A stretch of DNA of 26,911 nucleotides, from IMG/VR virus record IMGVR_UViG_3300018080_005675, positions 1 to 26,911 of that record, one strand, 5' to 3'. The translations under genes were made by a program, and so were the position numbers. The first letter of the stretch is position 1, and the number at the start of each line of letters is the position of its first letter. The DNA comes from a virus. Taxonomy: Duplodnaviria; Caudoviricetes. Of the stretch, positions 1 through 8,779 are shown piece after piece. Under the pieces are notes generated by a model. It made no database searches. It saw only the letters and a list, made by a program, of their open reading frames with translations, and had not been told where the DNA came from.

Positions 1-879
1 GCGATCCCAATAGGTCGGCGACCCGTGCCACGGCCAGTACGCGGGGCAATCGTGGGCGGTGAGTTCGACGGCCGTGCCCTGGGCGGGCAACGGATACACC
101 GGCGGCCCCGCCGGGACGGTGATGGTCACCAGGTCGCCGGCGACCGAATCGACCGTGCAGTCGTAGCAGTTGGCCGCGCCGTCGAGGTCCACCAGGTCGT
201 CGGTCGTGAGCCCGTGATCGCTGTAGAGCGTGACCGTCCCGTGCTGGTCGTCGACCCGCGTGCTCAGGACGCCGGTCTTTTCCGATCGAGGCAAGAGTCG
301 GACCCATTGTCCGACGTCCGGTAGGTAGCCGGGCCCGGTGGGGGGAAACGGCACGCCGCCGTCGATCGCCAGCTCATATTGCGACACCTGTCGGCCGTCG
401 ACGGTGATCGTTGAGACGCCGACCGACTTGACGGCCATCCGTCGCACGCCCACGGTCATCACCGCCCAGGCGTAATCCCAGACCACGTCGACCAGGTCGC
501 CGGCGACCAGCGGATGAGCGGTGGCCAGCGTGACCTTGCCGTGCAGCGGGCCGCTGCGGTCGGTCAGCCGGCCGGGCCACTGGTGGCGGTACAGCTCGAC
601 CCAGCCGGCCGCGAGTAAACAATCGTCGTGTGGGCCCGCGCCGCTGTGTCGCCGCGGGGCCCACGTCCAACGAATCCGCCCGCGATGGTGAGTCGGCTCG
701 GCCACCGCCAGCACGGGACTACCGGCGGCGATCTCCCAGCCCGGCTGGTCCTCTAGCGCCGCGCGGCATTGGAATAAGTCGGCCCACAGCCCGCAGCCAC
801 AGCAGCCGAACGGGACCGCCTTGTCGGCGACCAGCAGCGAATACGACCGGCAGGGATCGTAGCGGACGTGATGGGACAT
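1..879 (-). CDS. Putative tail-tip/fibre protein, 3'-truncated by the window edge (not in the ORF track)
   Basis: Hand translation from ATG at 879: MSHHVRYDPCRSYSLLVADKAVPFGCCGCG... stays open to base 1 (293 codons). It contains two copies of a G-x-VTL-xx-H-x-L-xx-D-LVD motif and lies at the distal end of the tail operon. Confidence 0.75.
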   Translation of the reverse strand, partial: MSHHVRYDPCRSYSLLVADKAVPFGCCGCGLWADLFQCRAALEDQPGWEIAAGSPVLAVAEPTHHRGRIRWTWAPRRHSGAGPHDDCLLAAGWVELYRHQWPGRLTDRSGPLHGKVTLATAHPLVAGDLVDVVWDYAWAVMTVGVRRMAVKSVGVSTITVDGRQVSQYELAIDGGVPFPPTGPGYLPDVGQWVRLLPRSEKTGVLSTRVDDQHGTVTLYSDHGLTTDDLVDLDGAANCYDCTVDSVAGDLVTITVPAGPPVYPLPAQGTAVELTAHDCPAYWPWHGSPTYWDR

Positions 880-946
880 TTTTCAGTTCTCAGTTTTCAG
901 TTGTCAGTTCTCGGTTTTCGATCTGCAATCTGAAATCTGCAATCCC
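880..946. repeat. Composite heptamer array: TTNTCAG-type then TCTGCAA-type, filling the whole intergenic gap
   Basis: TTTTCAG TTCTCAG TTTTCAG TTGTCAG TTCTCGG TTTTCGA TCTGCAA TCTGAAA TCTGCAA between the start codon at 879 and the stop at 947. Confidence 0.95.
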
Positions 947-1255
947 TTATGCGCACCGCGCGTTGACGACGTACCAACGGCGGTACTGACGGTGGTATTC
1001 GATCCGCACGTCGGCCCCGGCCAGTAGTTTCTGCACGCCGGTCTGGAAAAAGGCATAGACGGTCTTCGTCTCGTAGGTGAGGACCGGGTCATCGTCGGGC
1101 GGGTTGCTGCTTTTGTAGATCCGCGCGGTGGCCGATCCGCCGGCGACCAGGTCGGTGGTTAGTTGCGCGAACCACCACTGCCCTTGCTGCTGCTTGGCCG
1201 GCCGGACCAGCCGCGCCCCGCTGCGGGGCCGCCCGTCGTTTTGTCTGTTGGCCAT
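947..1255 (-). CDS. Hypothetical phage tail-region protein (102 aa)
   Basis: ATG start, normal protein composition, bounded by repeat arrays on both sides. Confidence 0.75.
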   Translation of the reverse strand: MANRQNDGRPRSGARLVRPAKQQQGQWWFAQLTTDLVAGGSATARIYKSSNPPDDDPVLTYETKTVYAFFQTGVQKLLAGADVRIEYHRQYRRWYVVNARCA

Positions 1256-1261
1256 TGTTAC

Positions 1262-1289
1262 TTATCAGTGGTCAGTTTTCAGTTTTCAG
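1262..1289. repeat. Heptamer array TNNTCAG x4
   Basis: TTATCAG TGGTCAG TTTTCAG TTTTCAG. Confidence 0.9.
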
Positions 1290-1297
1290 TCAATTTT

Positions 1298-3328
1298 TCA
1301 GGCGAAGCCCGCGCTGATCGTGGTGGTCGGGCCCTTGCCACCCTGCCAGGTGACCGACGTGATCGGGGCCTCGACCCACTGGCCCCCGCCGCCGGAGTTG
1401 ATGCCCATCAGTATCCGCCCCAGCAGGTCGCCGGCGGGGACGTAGCCCTTGATGACGATCTCCGCCCGGCCCCGCTCGGTAAAGTACCGGCTGATCGCGC
1501 CGGCCATGGCCAGTTCCAGCCGGTCGCTGTCGGCGCGGAGGATCCTCGGCGCCGCCCCGCTGCGCAACGGCTGAAAGTCGCCGTCGACGCCGACCATCGT
1601 GTGCGGAGCCAGATACCAGCACTCGGCGTCGGGGACCTCGATGTCGATCGCCCCGTCGGCCGCCAGCGGGTCGCCGCCGCCGGGAAAATCCTTGGTGAGC
1701 TTGAACCGCTGATCGCTCTCGAAGGCCAGCGTGACAATCAGCTCCTCCCAGTTGTCTTGCGGTTCGACGAGCGTTTCTTCGGCGAAGCCGAAATGGCCCT
1801 CGGCCAGCAAATGATTTGGGCTGCAATCGATCCGCACGCCCAGTTCGCCGGGCAATACGGAGACGTCCATGTCCTCGGCCTCGATCGGCAAGTAGGCCAG
1901 GTCGGGCACACCGGGGACGACGCCGTAGAACGGATTCGTTCGCACGCACCAGACCATCGGCGGCGAGCGCTCGGCGGTACCGCCGGGCCAGGCCCGCTCG
2001 ACGGCCGGGTCCTGCGAATAGTCCCAACCTTCCCGCAAGGGCACCCAGTCGAGCGTCGAGCGAATTTGGTTCTGATAATCGGCCGAAGGGTAAACGCCGG
2101 CGGCGGGCTGGAGTTTCCCGGCTGGGTCGAGCTGCGGGGCCGCGCCGCCGTTGTCGCCGGTGTTGTGATCCCAGTCCCGCGGCGCGCCGAAGTTTTGATA
2201 CACCGCCCGATACTTATCCTGTTTGCGGGCCAGGTCGTGGGCCTCGGCCGGATCGGCGTGATTGCCGGTCCCTCCGTCGTAAGCGCCCTCCAAAAACGTG
2301 TCCCAAAGGCCTTTCAGGTTGGCGATCCCCGCATCGTCGTCGTTCTCCAGCGTGCAGCAGACCACGATCCGGCGGCCGAGGATGTTGATCCGCCGGACGC
2401 GGTGATCGGCGGTGCGGACCACGGTCGTCTGGATGTTGTCGGCGGTGCGGCTGGTGTAGCAATAGACGTGATCGGGATTGCGCGGCAGCGTGGCGTTGCC
2501 GAACTGCCAGTCGCGCGCCGCCAGCGCGAAGACGACGACCTCGAAACCGTTGGCGGTCGCGGCCACGCGGTAGTCAATGCCGCGGTTCTTCGGGATCAGC
2601 CGGCCGAGCATATCGGCGAGCGTTTGGGTTGTGTCCCAGTCGATCGGTTCGGTCGTATCATCGAGGAGATTGCACTGTCCGCCGAGCGTCCACGTCGGGC
2701 CCTGCGGCAGGTCGTCGGCGAAACGGGCCAGGAGATAATCGATGTATTGCCGGTGCGTCCATTCTGCATCGCTGCCGTAGAGATACACGCCGCCCCAGCC
2801 GTGCTTGGCGGCCGAGCGGGTCCCCGGCTGCGCGCCGCCCTCGCGGTTATTCAGTCCGGCCACCCAGCCGACCTCCTGCTCGACGCCGCGGTCGGAGTCC
2901 CACCAGATCGCACGGCTGACGGGGATCTTGCGCAAGATCTGCTGCGGGCCCAGGCAGGTCCATTTCTGCACGCCCGACGGCACGCCGCTGGTGCCGTGGC
3001 TATCGCGGGCCTCACCGCTTACGCGGCCGATCCAGGAGGTTTGGAGCCCCTGGTTCCCGGCCATTTGGATCCGTATCCAGCAGTCTGTCAGGTTGGCCGA
3101 GCCGTGCGTAGCCAGCGCGGTTTCCCACGGTTGTTTTAATGTCCCGTAGCGGTGCTGCAAAGTGCACTCATCGAGACCGTCGCCGCCGGCGTGGACCGAC
3201 GCGCCGAGCAGTTCCAGCTCGGGCACGGTCCGCCAGGGATCGGTCCAGTCGCGGCGGATCTGGACGATCGCCGGCGTCACCCGTTGCGGGATCGGCAGGC
3301 TGGTCGGCGAGATGATGGTGATGGCCAT
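1298..3328 (-). CDS. Large minor tail protein (tail-tip/hub-like), 676 aa
   Basis: Long ORF with typical composition downstream of the tape measure gene. The function is inferred from position and size only. Confidence 0.7.
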   Translation of the reverse strand: MAITIISPTSLPIPQRVTPAIVQIRRDWTDPWRTVPELELLGASVHAGGDGLDECTLQHRYGTLKQPWETALATHGSANLTDCWIRIQMAGNQGLQTSWIGRVSGEARDSHGTSGVPSGVQKWTCLGPQQILRKIPVSRAIWWDSDRGVEQEVGWVAGLNNREGGAQPGTRSAAKHGWGGVYLYGSDAEWTHRQYIDYLLARFADDLPQGPTWTLGGQCNLLDDTTEPIDWDTTQTLADMLGRLIPKNRGIDYRVAATANGFEVVVFALAARDWQFGNATLPRNPDHVYCYTSRTADNIQTTVVRTADHRVRRINILGRRIVVCCTLENDDDAGIANLKGLWDTFLEGAYDGGTGNHADPAEAHDLARKQDKYRAVYQNFGAPRDWDHNTGDNGGAAPQLDPAGKLQPAAGVYPSADYQNQIRSTLDWVPLREGWDYSQDPAVERAWPGGTAERSPPMVWCVRTNPFYGVVPGVPDLAYLPIEAEDMDVSVLPGELGVRIDCSPNHLLAEGHFGFAEETLVEPQDNWEELIVTLAFESDQRFKLTKDFPGGGDPLAADGAIDIEVPDAECWYLAPHTMVGVDGDFQPLRSGAAPRILRADSDRLELAMAGAISRYFTERGRAEIVIKGYVPAGDLLGRILMGINSGGGGQWVEAPITSVTWQGGKGPTTTISAGFA

Positions 3329-3333
3329 TGGAG

Positions 3334-3361
3334 TCGTCGGTTTTCAGTTCTCAGTCTTCAG
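3334..3361. repeat. Heptamer array overlapping the 3' end of the upstream CDS
   Basis: TCGTCGG TTTTCAG TTCTCAG TCTTCAG; encodes the final T-E-D-stop of 3351..4205. Confidence 0.85.
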
Positions 3362-4205
3362 TAGCCGGCAGGCGGCCGGGCCAGTGTTCGCCGTCGATCG
3401 GCGGGACCGGGACCTGCGTTTCGACGACAAGCTGCTCGACGGTGGAGTCTTCGCTGTAGACGCCGTCGCGGCGGGTCTGCAGGCGGACCTTTAGCGTCGT
3501 GCCGGCCGGCTGGGCGGGCAGATCGTAGGCGAGGAACGAGAGCCCCGTGCCCTCCATCGTCTCGACGACGTCCGCGGTGTCTTCGGGCGGATCGTCGCCG
3601 TCGGTCGTGTAGGCGATCGTCCAACTATCGGCCCGCTCGGCGGCGGAATCGAAGTACACGCCCACGACGCGGACCACGCCGCCGGCGAGCTGCTCGATGT
3701 GCCAGCCCTGCGGGCCCGGCGGCGGGCCGTCGGTCTCGGCCCCGCCGGCCAGGTCGAGTCGCAGATAGGTCTCGCCGCGGGGACCCAACGGCAAAAAACC
3801 CGAGTCGAGCACGCCGTTAAAATAACTCACCGACAGCCACCAGATGCCATCGGCGAACACGTCGGCCGGCGTGTAGGGCAGGCTGGCGTTGGTCGCAAAC
3901 GGCGAATCCGATTCCGCCGGCGGGCCGGTCGAGCTGCGGTAGAAGCGATATTCGGCGGCGTTGAAGATCCGATACAGCCCGCGGGCGTCGAGGATGTACG
4001 ATCCCCGGCCGGCGGCCAGGCCGCAACGCGAGCCGCGGCGTGGGCGGCGACACGCTCCGCGCCGATCGGCGCGGACCGAATACACCGGCCCGGCCGGCGG
4101 CGGCGCACCGAGCACGCGCGACGCTGGAGACGGACGCCGCGCGTGCTGTGCGCCGGGGGCCCGGCGGATGACCCCCAGGGAACCGGCTTCTGCGGGCCAG
4201 GCCAT
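3351..4205 (-). CDS. Putative minor tail protein with beta-rich (FN3/Ig-like) modules
   Basis: 284 aa; Arg/Pro-rich N-terminus, then segments such as YRFYRSS, WWLSVSYFNG and LKVRLQTRRDGVYS that resemble FN3 strands. Confidence 0.65.
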   Translation of the reverse strand: MAWPAEAGSLGVIRRAPGAQHARRPSPASRVLGAPPPAGPVYSVRADRRGACRRPRRGSRCGLAAGRGSYILDARGLYRIFNAAEYRFYRSSTGPPAESDSPFATNASLPYTPADVFADGIWWLSVSYFNGVLDSGFLPLGPRGETYLRLDLAGGAETDGPPPGPQGWHIEQLAGGVVRVVGVYFDSAAERADSWTIAYTTDGDDPPEDTADVVETMEGTGLSFLAYDLPAQPAGTTLKVRLQTRRDGVYSEDSTVEQLVVETQVPVPPIDGEHWPGRLPATED

Positions 4206-4254
4206 TTTGAGTTTTTAGTTTTTGGTTTTCAGTGATCAGTTATCAGTTGCTCAG
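4205..4254. repeat. Heptamer array filling the intergenic gap
   Basis: TTTTGAG TTTTTAG TTTTTGG TTTTCAG TGATCAG TTATCAG TTGCTCAG. Confidence 0.9.
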
Positions 4255-4739
4255 AACTCCTCGAACTCCAGCGCGCCGCTCAGGCGGACGGCCGCGGCGG
4301 TCCGCGGCGCGGCCAGCAGGCCGAGCAGTTGATCGCGGTTAATCACAGGCGCGTCCTCGACGCCCCATTCCTTGATGACCGAGTTGCGGCGGTTGATGTC
4401 GATCTGCCAGAGCGGGTTGCCATAGGTCGTCGGCTCGACGCCGCCGGTCACGTAGTCCTCGCCGGCGGAGATCACCGCCGCGCGGGCCAGCGAGTCCTTC
4501 GGCACGGGGGTGGGGTTGCTGTTGGCCGTGCCGGCGCCGCCGGCCGAGACGTCGTCGACCCGCTGCAACTGCAAGGCCACGTTCAGATCGGCCGGCGCGT
4601 CGTCGGCCGGTCCGACCTGCAATGACCGCAGCCGGCAGCGGTACCCGGCGGTGTCGGCGGCGATCAGTGCGGCGATCGTTTTGAACGTGTCGGCGACGGC
4701 CCCGCTCGGCACGTCGGTAAAATGGACAGCGTAACGCAT
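4251..4739 (-). CDS. Hypothetical virion protein (162 aa)
   Basis: ATG with upstream GGGAG; beta-sandwich-like composition; tail operon. Confidence 0.75.
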   Translation of the reverse strand: MRYAVHFTDVPSGAVADTFKTIAALIAADTAGYRCRLRSLQVGPADDAPADLNVALQLQRVDDVSAGGAGTANSNPTPVPKDSLARAAVISAGEDYVTGGVEPTTYGNPLWQIDINRRNSVIKEWGVEDAPVINRDQLLGLLAAPRTAAAVRLSGALEFEEF

Positions 4740-4760
4740 TGAACGGTCTCCCTGTTTAAG

Positions 4761-4788
4761 TGTCAGGTGTCAGGTGTCAGGTATCGGG
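4761..4788. repeat. Heptamer array TGTCAGG x3 plus a degenerate unit
   Basis: TGTCAGG TGTCAGG TGTCAGG TATCGGG. Confidence 0.9.
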
Positions 4789-4797
4789 TGTACAGTT

Positions 4798-5748
4798 TCA
4801 GAACAGCCCGGAAAACGCAAGGTGCAGGTGATTCAGCACGCCGGCGTCGGCGTCGGCCGCCGCGCCGATCGTCCGCTGCACGTGCAGCGTGGTCTCCGCG
4901 CCGCCGGCCAGGTCGCCGAGCCACAGCGCGTCGGCTTCGTCGGTCGGGTCGTGCCAAACCAGGCCGTCGTCGGAGATCTTCAGGTCCTCGGTGGCCGCGT
5001 CGATCCAGCAGCGGAGATTCTCCAGGCGAGCGTCGGACACATTCCGCAGCGTGAGTTGATATTCGTCGACGTCGCCGGCGGCGGCCTCGCCGGCGCTGAG
5101 ATCGTCGTGGGCCACGGCGTTGTCGTAGACGTCGCGCAACATCACCCGGGCGGTCGAGGGCTCGACGCCGAGGAAACCGGCGTGGGCGTGGACGACGACG
5201 AACTTGTCCGGGTCGTCGCCATCGCGCAGCAGCGCCTCGCCGGTGGCGTCGACCGCGGCGGCCGCACCGAAACTGCTCGATCCCGGCGCCGACCAGGCGA
5301 ACTGCCCGGCCTGCGGTCCGCTGCTGCGCAGATAACCCATCCCCGGGCCGTTGCGACCGGCCACGCGGGTGATCGTCACGCCGGGCAAGGTGCCGACGGC
5401 GACCAGGTGTTTGACTTCCACGCCGGCGGCGAAGACCTGCAAGGCGCCCGCGTGTCGGTTGACCGCCGGCGCCGGCGCGTCGGGCCGACGGAAGAGGATC
5501 CTCGACGGCGGCGCGGGCGGCCGTATTTCGGGCCTTCCGGCGACCAGCCGCGGCGGCCAATCGACCGGCGGCGGCGGCGCGGCCTCCACGTACCGGGTCT
5601 GCAGCAACCGCGATCGGGCCGGCAGTCTCTGCGCGCCGCCGGCCCGCCCGGCGGCGTGGATCGTTACGCGCAGCCGCAGCGTGCCGGCCAGCGCCTCGGC
5701 ACCGAAGCTCCGCGCCGCAAAACTATCGGGTTGAAAGGTACTTTTCAT
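4798..5748 (-). CDS. Hypothetical tail-region protein (316 aa)
   Basis: ATG start, Pro-rich linker, acidic beta-rich C-terminal domain. Confidence 0.7.
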   Translation of the reverse strand: MKSTFQPDSFAARSFGAEALAGTLRLRVTIHAAGRAGGAQRLPARSRLLQTRYVEAAPPPPVDWPPRLVAGRPEIRPPAPPSRILFRRPDAPAPAVNRHAGALQVFAAGVEVKHLVAVGTLPGVTITRVAGRNGPGMGYLRSSGPQAGQFAWSAPGSSSFGAAAAVDATGEALLRDGDDPDKFVVVHAHAGFLGVEPSTARVMLRDVYDNAVAHDDLSAGEAAAGDVDEYQLTLRNVSDARLENLRCWIDAATEDLKISDDGLVWHDPTDEADALWLGDLAGGAETTLHVQRTIGAAADADAGVLNHLHLAFSGLF

Positions 5749-5752
5749 TTCC

Positions 5753-5783
5753 TCACCCCATCACCCCGTCACCCCGTCACCCG
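5753..5783. repeat. Octamer array TCACCCCN x4
   Basis: TCACCCCA TCACCCCG TCACCCCG TCACCCG, filling the gap between the stop at 5786 and the start at 5748. Confidence 0.95.
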
Positions 5784-5785
5784 TC

Positions 5786-6727
5786 CTACGGTGGATCGTA
5801 GCTAACCCCCGTCCGGTTGCCCTGGGCGTCGACGGTGACTTCGACTCGGTCGGTCGATCCGTCGAGGCCCTTGAAGGTCTCGGTGCCGGTGCCGGCGCCG
5901 GACACCTTGCCGGCCAGCACCGCGGCAATGTAACGCAACGCCTGCTGCAAACTCTTGCCGTCGATGTCGTTGAAGTCGGCGTTGAGGTCCTCGCCGGCAG
6001 TGCCGACCAGGTGCATTCCGTCGTCCATTCCTTCGGCAACGATACCGTCGCCGCTAGCGCCGTAGGCATAGATGCCGTCAGAACCACCTGAGACGTTAAT
6101 ACCGGCGGAGTTACCAGTGGCATAGATACCGTCAGAAACGCCGTCGGCGTAGATGCCATTGAAGCCACCAGCAGCATAGATGCCGTAGTCATCTCCTTCC
6201 GTGGAAACACCCGGCCCGCCCGCGTTGACGATGTACAGGCCGCCGTCGACATTGTCGGCATCGATGGTCAGCTTGTTAAGCGTCAAGGCGACGTCGCCGG
6301 TGCCGTTGAGCATGGCCTTCAGGTTGTCGGCCGCCGTACTGTCCTCGCTGATTTCGTTGACGTTCCCCACCGGGGCCTCGTACAACTTGGCGGTGACATC
6401 GACGTCGGTATCCGCCCCGTTGGGCGACTTGACCTTCAGCACGACCTGCTCGCCGGCCTTGACCGGGAAGGGGTTTGTGATCCAGACGGTCCTCTCAACA
6501 GTGGCCGCCACGCTCTTCTGCTGTGGCGAATCCCAACCGACACCATCGATCTCCACGCGCAACTCGAATGTCCCGCCGGTCCCATCTAAATCCTTTGCCC
6601 CGTCGCCGGCATAGATCACTGCATAGCAAAGCACATCCCGGCTACCGTCCGGCGTATCGGTCAAGACCGTAACCGTAGAAGTCAGGTCGAAATCGCCGTT
6701 TTCGGAGTCGAGTTCTTTAAGCGACAT
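5786..6727 (-). CDS. Putative tail fibre/spike protein with ~9-aa GIYAxG repeats
   Basis: 313 aa; GIYAAGGFN GIYADGVSD GIYATGNSA GINVSGGSD GIYAYGASGD GIVAEG repeats (beta-helix-like). Confidence 0.7.
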   Translation of the reverse strand: MSLKELDSENGDFDLTSTVTVLTDTPDGSRDVLCYAVIYAGDGAKDLDGTGGTFELRVEIDGVGWDSPQQKSVAATVERTVWITNPFPVKAGEQVVLKVKSPNGADTDVDVTAKLYEAPVGNVNEISEDSTAADNLKAMLNGTGDVALTLNKLTIDADNVDGGLYIVNAGGPGVSTEGDDYGIYAAGGFNGIYADGVSDGIYATGNSAGINVSGGSDGIYAYGASGDGIVAEGMDDGMHLVGTAGEDLNADFNDIDGKSLQQALRYIAAVLAGKVSGAGTGTETFKGLDGSTDRVEVTVDAQGNRTGVSYDPP

Positions 6728-6870
6728 GTGAGCACCTTCAGGCTTTTCGCTGTGCGTCGATCCGCTTTAAGAGCATCTGCATCGCCGCAGATTCTTTAAG
6801 CAACATGTGAACACCTTCAGGCTTTTCGCTGTGCGTCGATCCGCTTTAAGAGCATCTGCATCGCCGCAGA
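6713..6870. repeat. 79-bp tandem duplication across a gene junction
   Basis: 6713-6791 vs 6792-6870, two mismatches (6723G/6802A, 6732G/6811A). Confidence 0.95.
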
Positions 6871-7131
6871 ATCGATCGACAGCAGGCCGTCGTCGAGGCC
6901 GCGACAGAGATCGAGGATCGGCCGCAAAAAACGGCGGCCGCTCTGTTCGGGAGCAAGCGGCGATTCCGGCGGCAGATCGGCCACGGCCGTTTCGATAGCC
7001 GCCTCCAGGTCGGGCGGTTTCTCGTCGAAAATCAGATCAACCGCCTTCGTCCGACCGGCCACGACCACGCGGACGGCCAACGCCGCTTCGCCCGCACCGG
7101 GCCGAATATCAATGATTCTGTAGTCAGGCAT
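6817..7131 (-). CDS. Hypothetical protein (104 aa)
   Basis: ATG start, fits the operon, normal composition. Confidence 0.7.
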   Translation of the reverse strand: MPDYRIIDIRPGAGEAALAVRVVVAGRTKAVDLIFDEKPPDLEAAIETAVADLPPESPLAPEQSGRRFLRPILDLCRGLDDGLLSIDSAAMQMLLKRIDAQRKA

Positions 7132-7137
7132 GATACT

Positions 7138-7166
7138 GTTCAGGGGGTCAGGGGTTAGGGGTCAGG
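7138..7166. repeat. Heptamer array GGTCAGG-type overlapping a stop codon
   Basis: GTTCAGG G GGTCAGG GGTTAGG GGTCAGG; supplies P-D-P-TAA of the upstream CDS. Confidence 0.85.
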
Positions 7167-7682
7167 AGTCGCTTGGTCGCTAAAGGCATCCAAGGTGGCG
7201 CCGCCCTGGTCGGCCAACTCGGCTCTCTCCTCGATCAAGTAACGGTCCCAGGGGAGCAGCCCAGGGTTTGCTCCCTGCTGGATAAGCTGATTGCGGGCGT
7301 CGAGCAGCGCGCCCTCGGCCGGGGTCAGCAGAGTCCGATACGGCTCGTGCTCCATAAAAAAGGCTTCCTCGTCCGGCTCGCCGTGGTTGCGTACCAGGAT
7401 CATCTGGTGCTTGATGGCGCACATCTTGTTGCCGGCGGTGGTCAAGTACGATTGTCGCACGCCGATCAAGCCGCCTGGGTATTCGTTTTGCCGGACCTCT
7501 GCGACGCCCAGCAGGCAGTGGACGGCCGGCAGCGTCTGCATGTAGGCCAGCAGTTCGGCGAGGTTTCGGGTTTTGGGTTCTGCCACGACTGCACTCCTCG
7601 TAATTGAGTTTTGGGCCGGCGGCGGCCAAACGGTAGCTGTCAACTGGCAGGCCAACAGGACAAACACGCCGGCAGCGATCAA
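7155..7682 (-). CDS. Hypothetical protein, possibly with an N-terminal signal/TM segment (start uncertain)
   Basis: Two candidate starts: TTG at 7682 overlapping the upstream TGA (MIAAGVFVLLACQLTATVW...), or GTG at 7586 behind a good SD (GAGGAG). The ORF-track start at 7838 overlaps the upstream gene heavily. Confidence 0.6.
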   Translation of the reverse strand: MIAAGVFVLLACQLTATVWPPPAQNSITRSAVVAEPKTRNLAELLAYMQTLPAVHCLLGVAEVRQNEYPGGLIGVRQSYLTTAGNKMCAIKHQMILVRNHGEPDEEAFFMEHEPYRTLLTPAEGALLDARNQLIQQGANPGLLPWDRYLIEERAELADQGGATLDAFSDQATPDP

Positions 7683-8122
7683 CCAACACCTAACGGCTCT
7701 TTTTGTTTTTGTTCCTCTTCGATCGGGGATGTTTTCCGAGGCTCTGGGGGCTCGTCGAACTCCTCCATCAAGTACAGCCCCCGGATCACCAAGAAAAGGC
7801 CGTACACGCCGGCCACTGTAATTACCACGCGCAACCATAATCGCACTCCCTGAGTCTTTGGAGGTACCGGCACAACGATCCGGGGAGACTCTTCTTCAGG
7901 TCGATAACGAGCAAACGGTTGTCGGAACGGAGTCCCGGAGAGCATGGGCACACCGGCCTGATTCGCCCAATACTTGAACGTCGTCGCCAGTAGTTCCTTG
8001 TCGCCCGCCGGGAGGCCGGTCCCCTCGTCGACGGCCTGCCGGATGCCTTGCGCCCCGAGGTCGCTGGGCTCGATCTGCGGCGGCACGACAGCCAAGCAGC
8101 AGGATAACAGAACTGCGATCAT
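7679..8122 (-). CDS. Putative membrane protein (147 aa): signal-like N-terminus plus one TM helix
   Basis: GGGAGG-N5-ATG at 8122; MIAVLLSCCLAVV...; TM segment LWLRVVITVAGVYGLFLVIRGLYLM; charged tail. Confidence 0.7.
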   Translation of the reverse strand: MIAVLLSCCLAVVPPQIEPSDLGAQGIRQAVDEGTGLPAGDKELLATTFKYWANQAGVPMLSGTPFRQPFARYRPEEESPRIVVPVPPKTQGVRLWLRVVITVAGVYGLFLVIRGLYLMEEFDEPPEPRKTSPIEEEQKQKEPLGVG

Positions 8123-8157
8123 GTGCGCCTCCCGGTTTTCATGGTTGATGCCGCGGT

Positions 8158-8715
8158 CTACGCCGCGGCGGCAAACGTAACCCGCGTCGTCTCCGGGTCG
8201 AAGGCAATCTCGAACTCCACGGCGTCGGGGATCCGCACGATCCGCTCGGGTCCGATCACCGCGGCCGTGCTCTCGTTGCCCAGCTCGTCGACGGCCACGA
8301 CCCGCCAGGTATATTCGGCCAGGTCGGTCAGCCGATCGGTTATCAGCGTGTAATCCCATTGCCCGGCCACGGCAGGAAGCTCGGCGATCTGCGCCCAGGC
8401 CCCGGCATCCTGTTTTTGCTCGACGCGATAGTGCAGTACGTCTTCCGCCGGCGAGCGGATCCACCACAGCGTTTTCCGCGCCGGGTAGCCGGCCGGGGCG
8501 TTGGCCACGGCATCGAAGTCCGGATCGTTCGTATCGAGCACCTCGATCCGCGACTGCTCGGCGGCCGGCAGCCAAAACGTGTGGCTCGGCGCTTGCGTCG
8601 AGCACAGCAGCGCGCCGTCGCAGTACCAGTGATAGTAAATCGTTCCGCCGAGGTCGCTGATCACGGTGACCGTGGTGAAGTTCCCGTCGCGTTCGGCGTT
8701 GTAAGCGGTAATCAT
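8158..8715 (-). CDS. Minor tail protein with an FN3-like domain
   Basis: 185 aa; LWW...YRVEQ...W...LTDLAEYTWRVVAVDELGNES is a typical FN3 pattern. Confidence 0.75.
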   Translation of the reverse strand: MITAYNAERDGNFTTVTVISDLGGTIYYHWYCDGALLCSTQAPSHTFWLPAAEQSRIEVLDTNDPDFDAVANAPAGYPARKTLWWIRSPAEDVLHYRVEQKQDAGAWAQIAELPAVAGQWDYTLITDRLTDLAEYTWRVVAVDELGNESTAAVIGPERIVRIPDAVEFEIAFDPETTRVTFAAAA

Positions 8716-8779
8716 TTTGAGTTCTCAGTTGTCAGTTGTCAGTTTTCAGTTCTCTTCTGCAATCTTCAACCTGTAATCC
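8716..8779. repeat. Composite heptamer array (TTNTCAG x4, then TCTGCAA-type x3)
   Basis: TTCTCAG TTGTCAG TTGTCAG TTTTCAG ... TCTGCAA TCTTCAA CCTGTAA. Confidence 0.9.

Noticed and set aside
1163-3139. Long plus-strand ORFs (also 9503..10975, 18742..20211, 21209..22420 and others)
   Set aside because: Antisense shadows of high-GC minus-strand genes with no recognisable motifs.
6713-6870. 79-bp repeat pair as DGR template/variable repeats (both mismatches are A vs G)
   Set aside because: Only two differences, the copies are directly tandem across a gene junction, and there is no reverse transcriptase in the window.
8123-8605. 308-aa version of ORF 7679..8605
   Set aside because: The upstream part overlaps the FN3 gene in another frame; a strong SD and ATG at 8122 define the real start.
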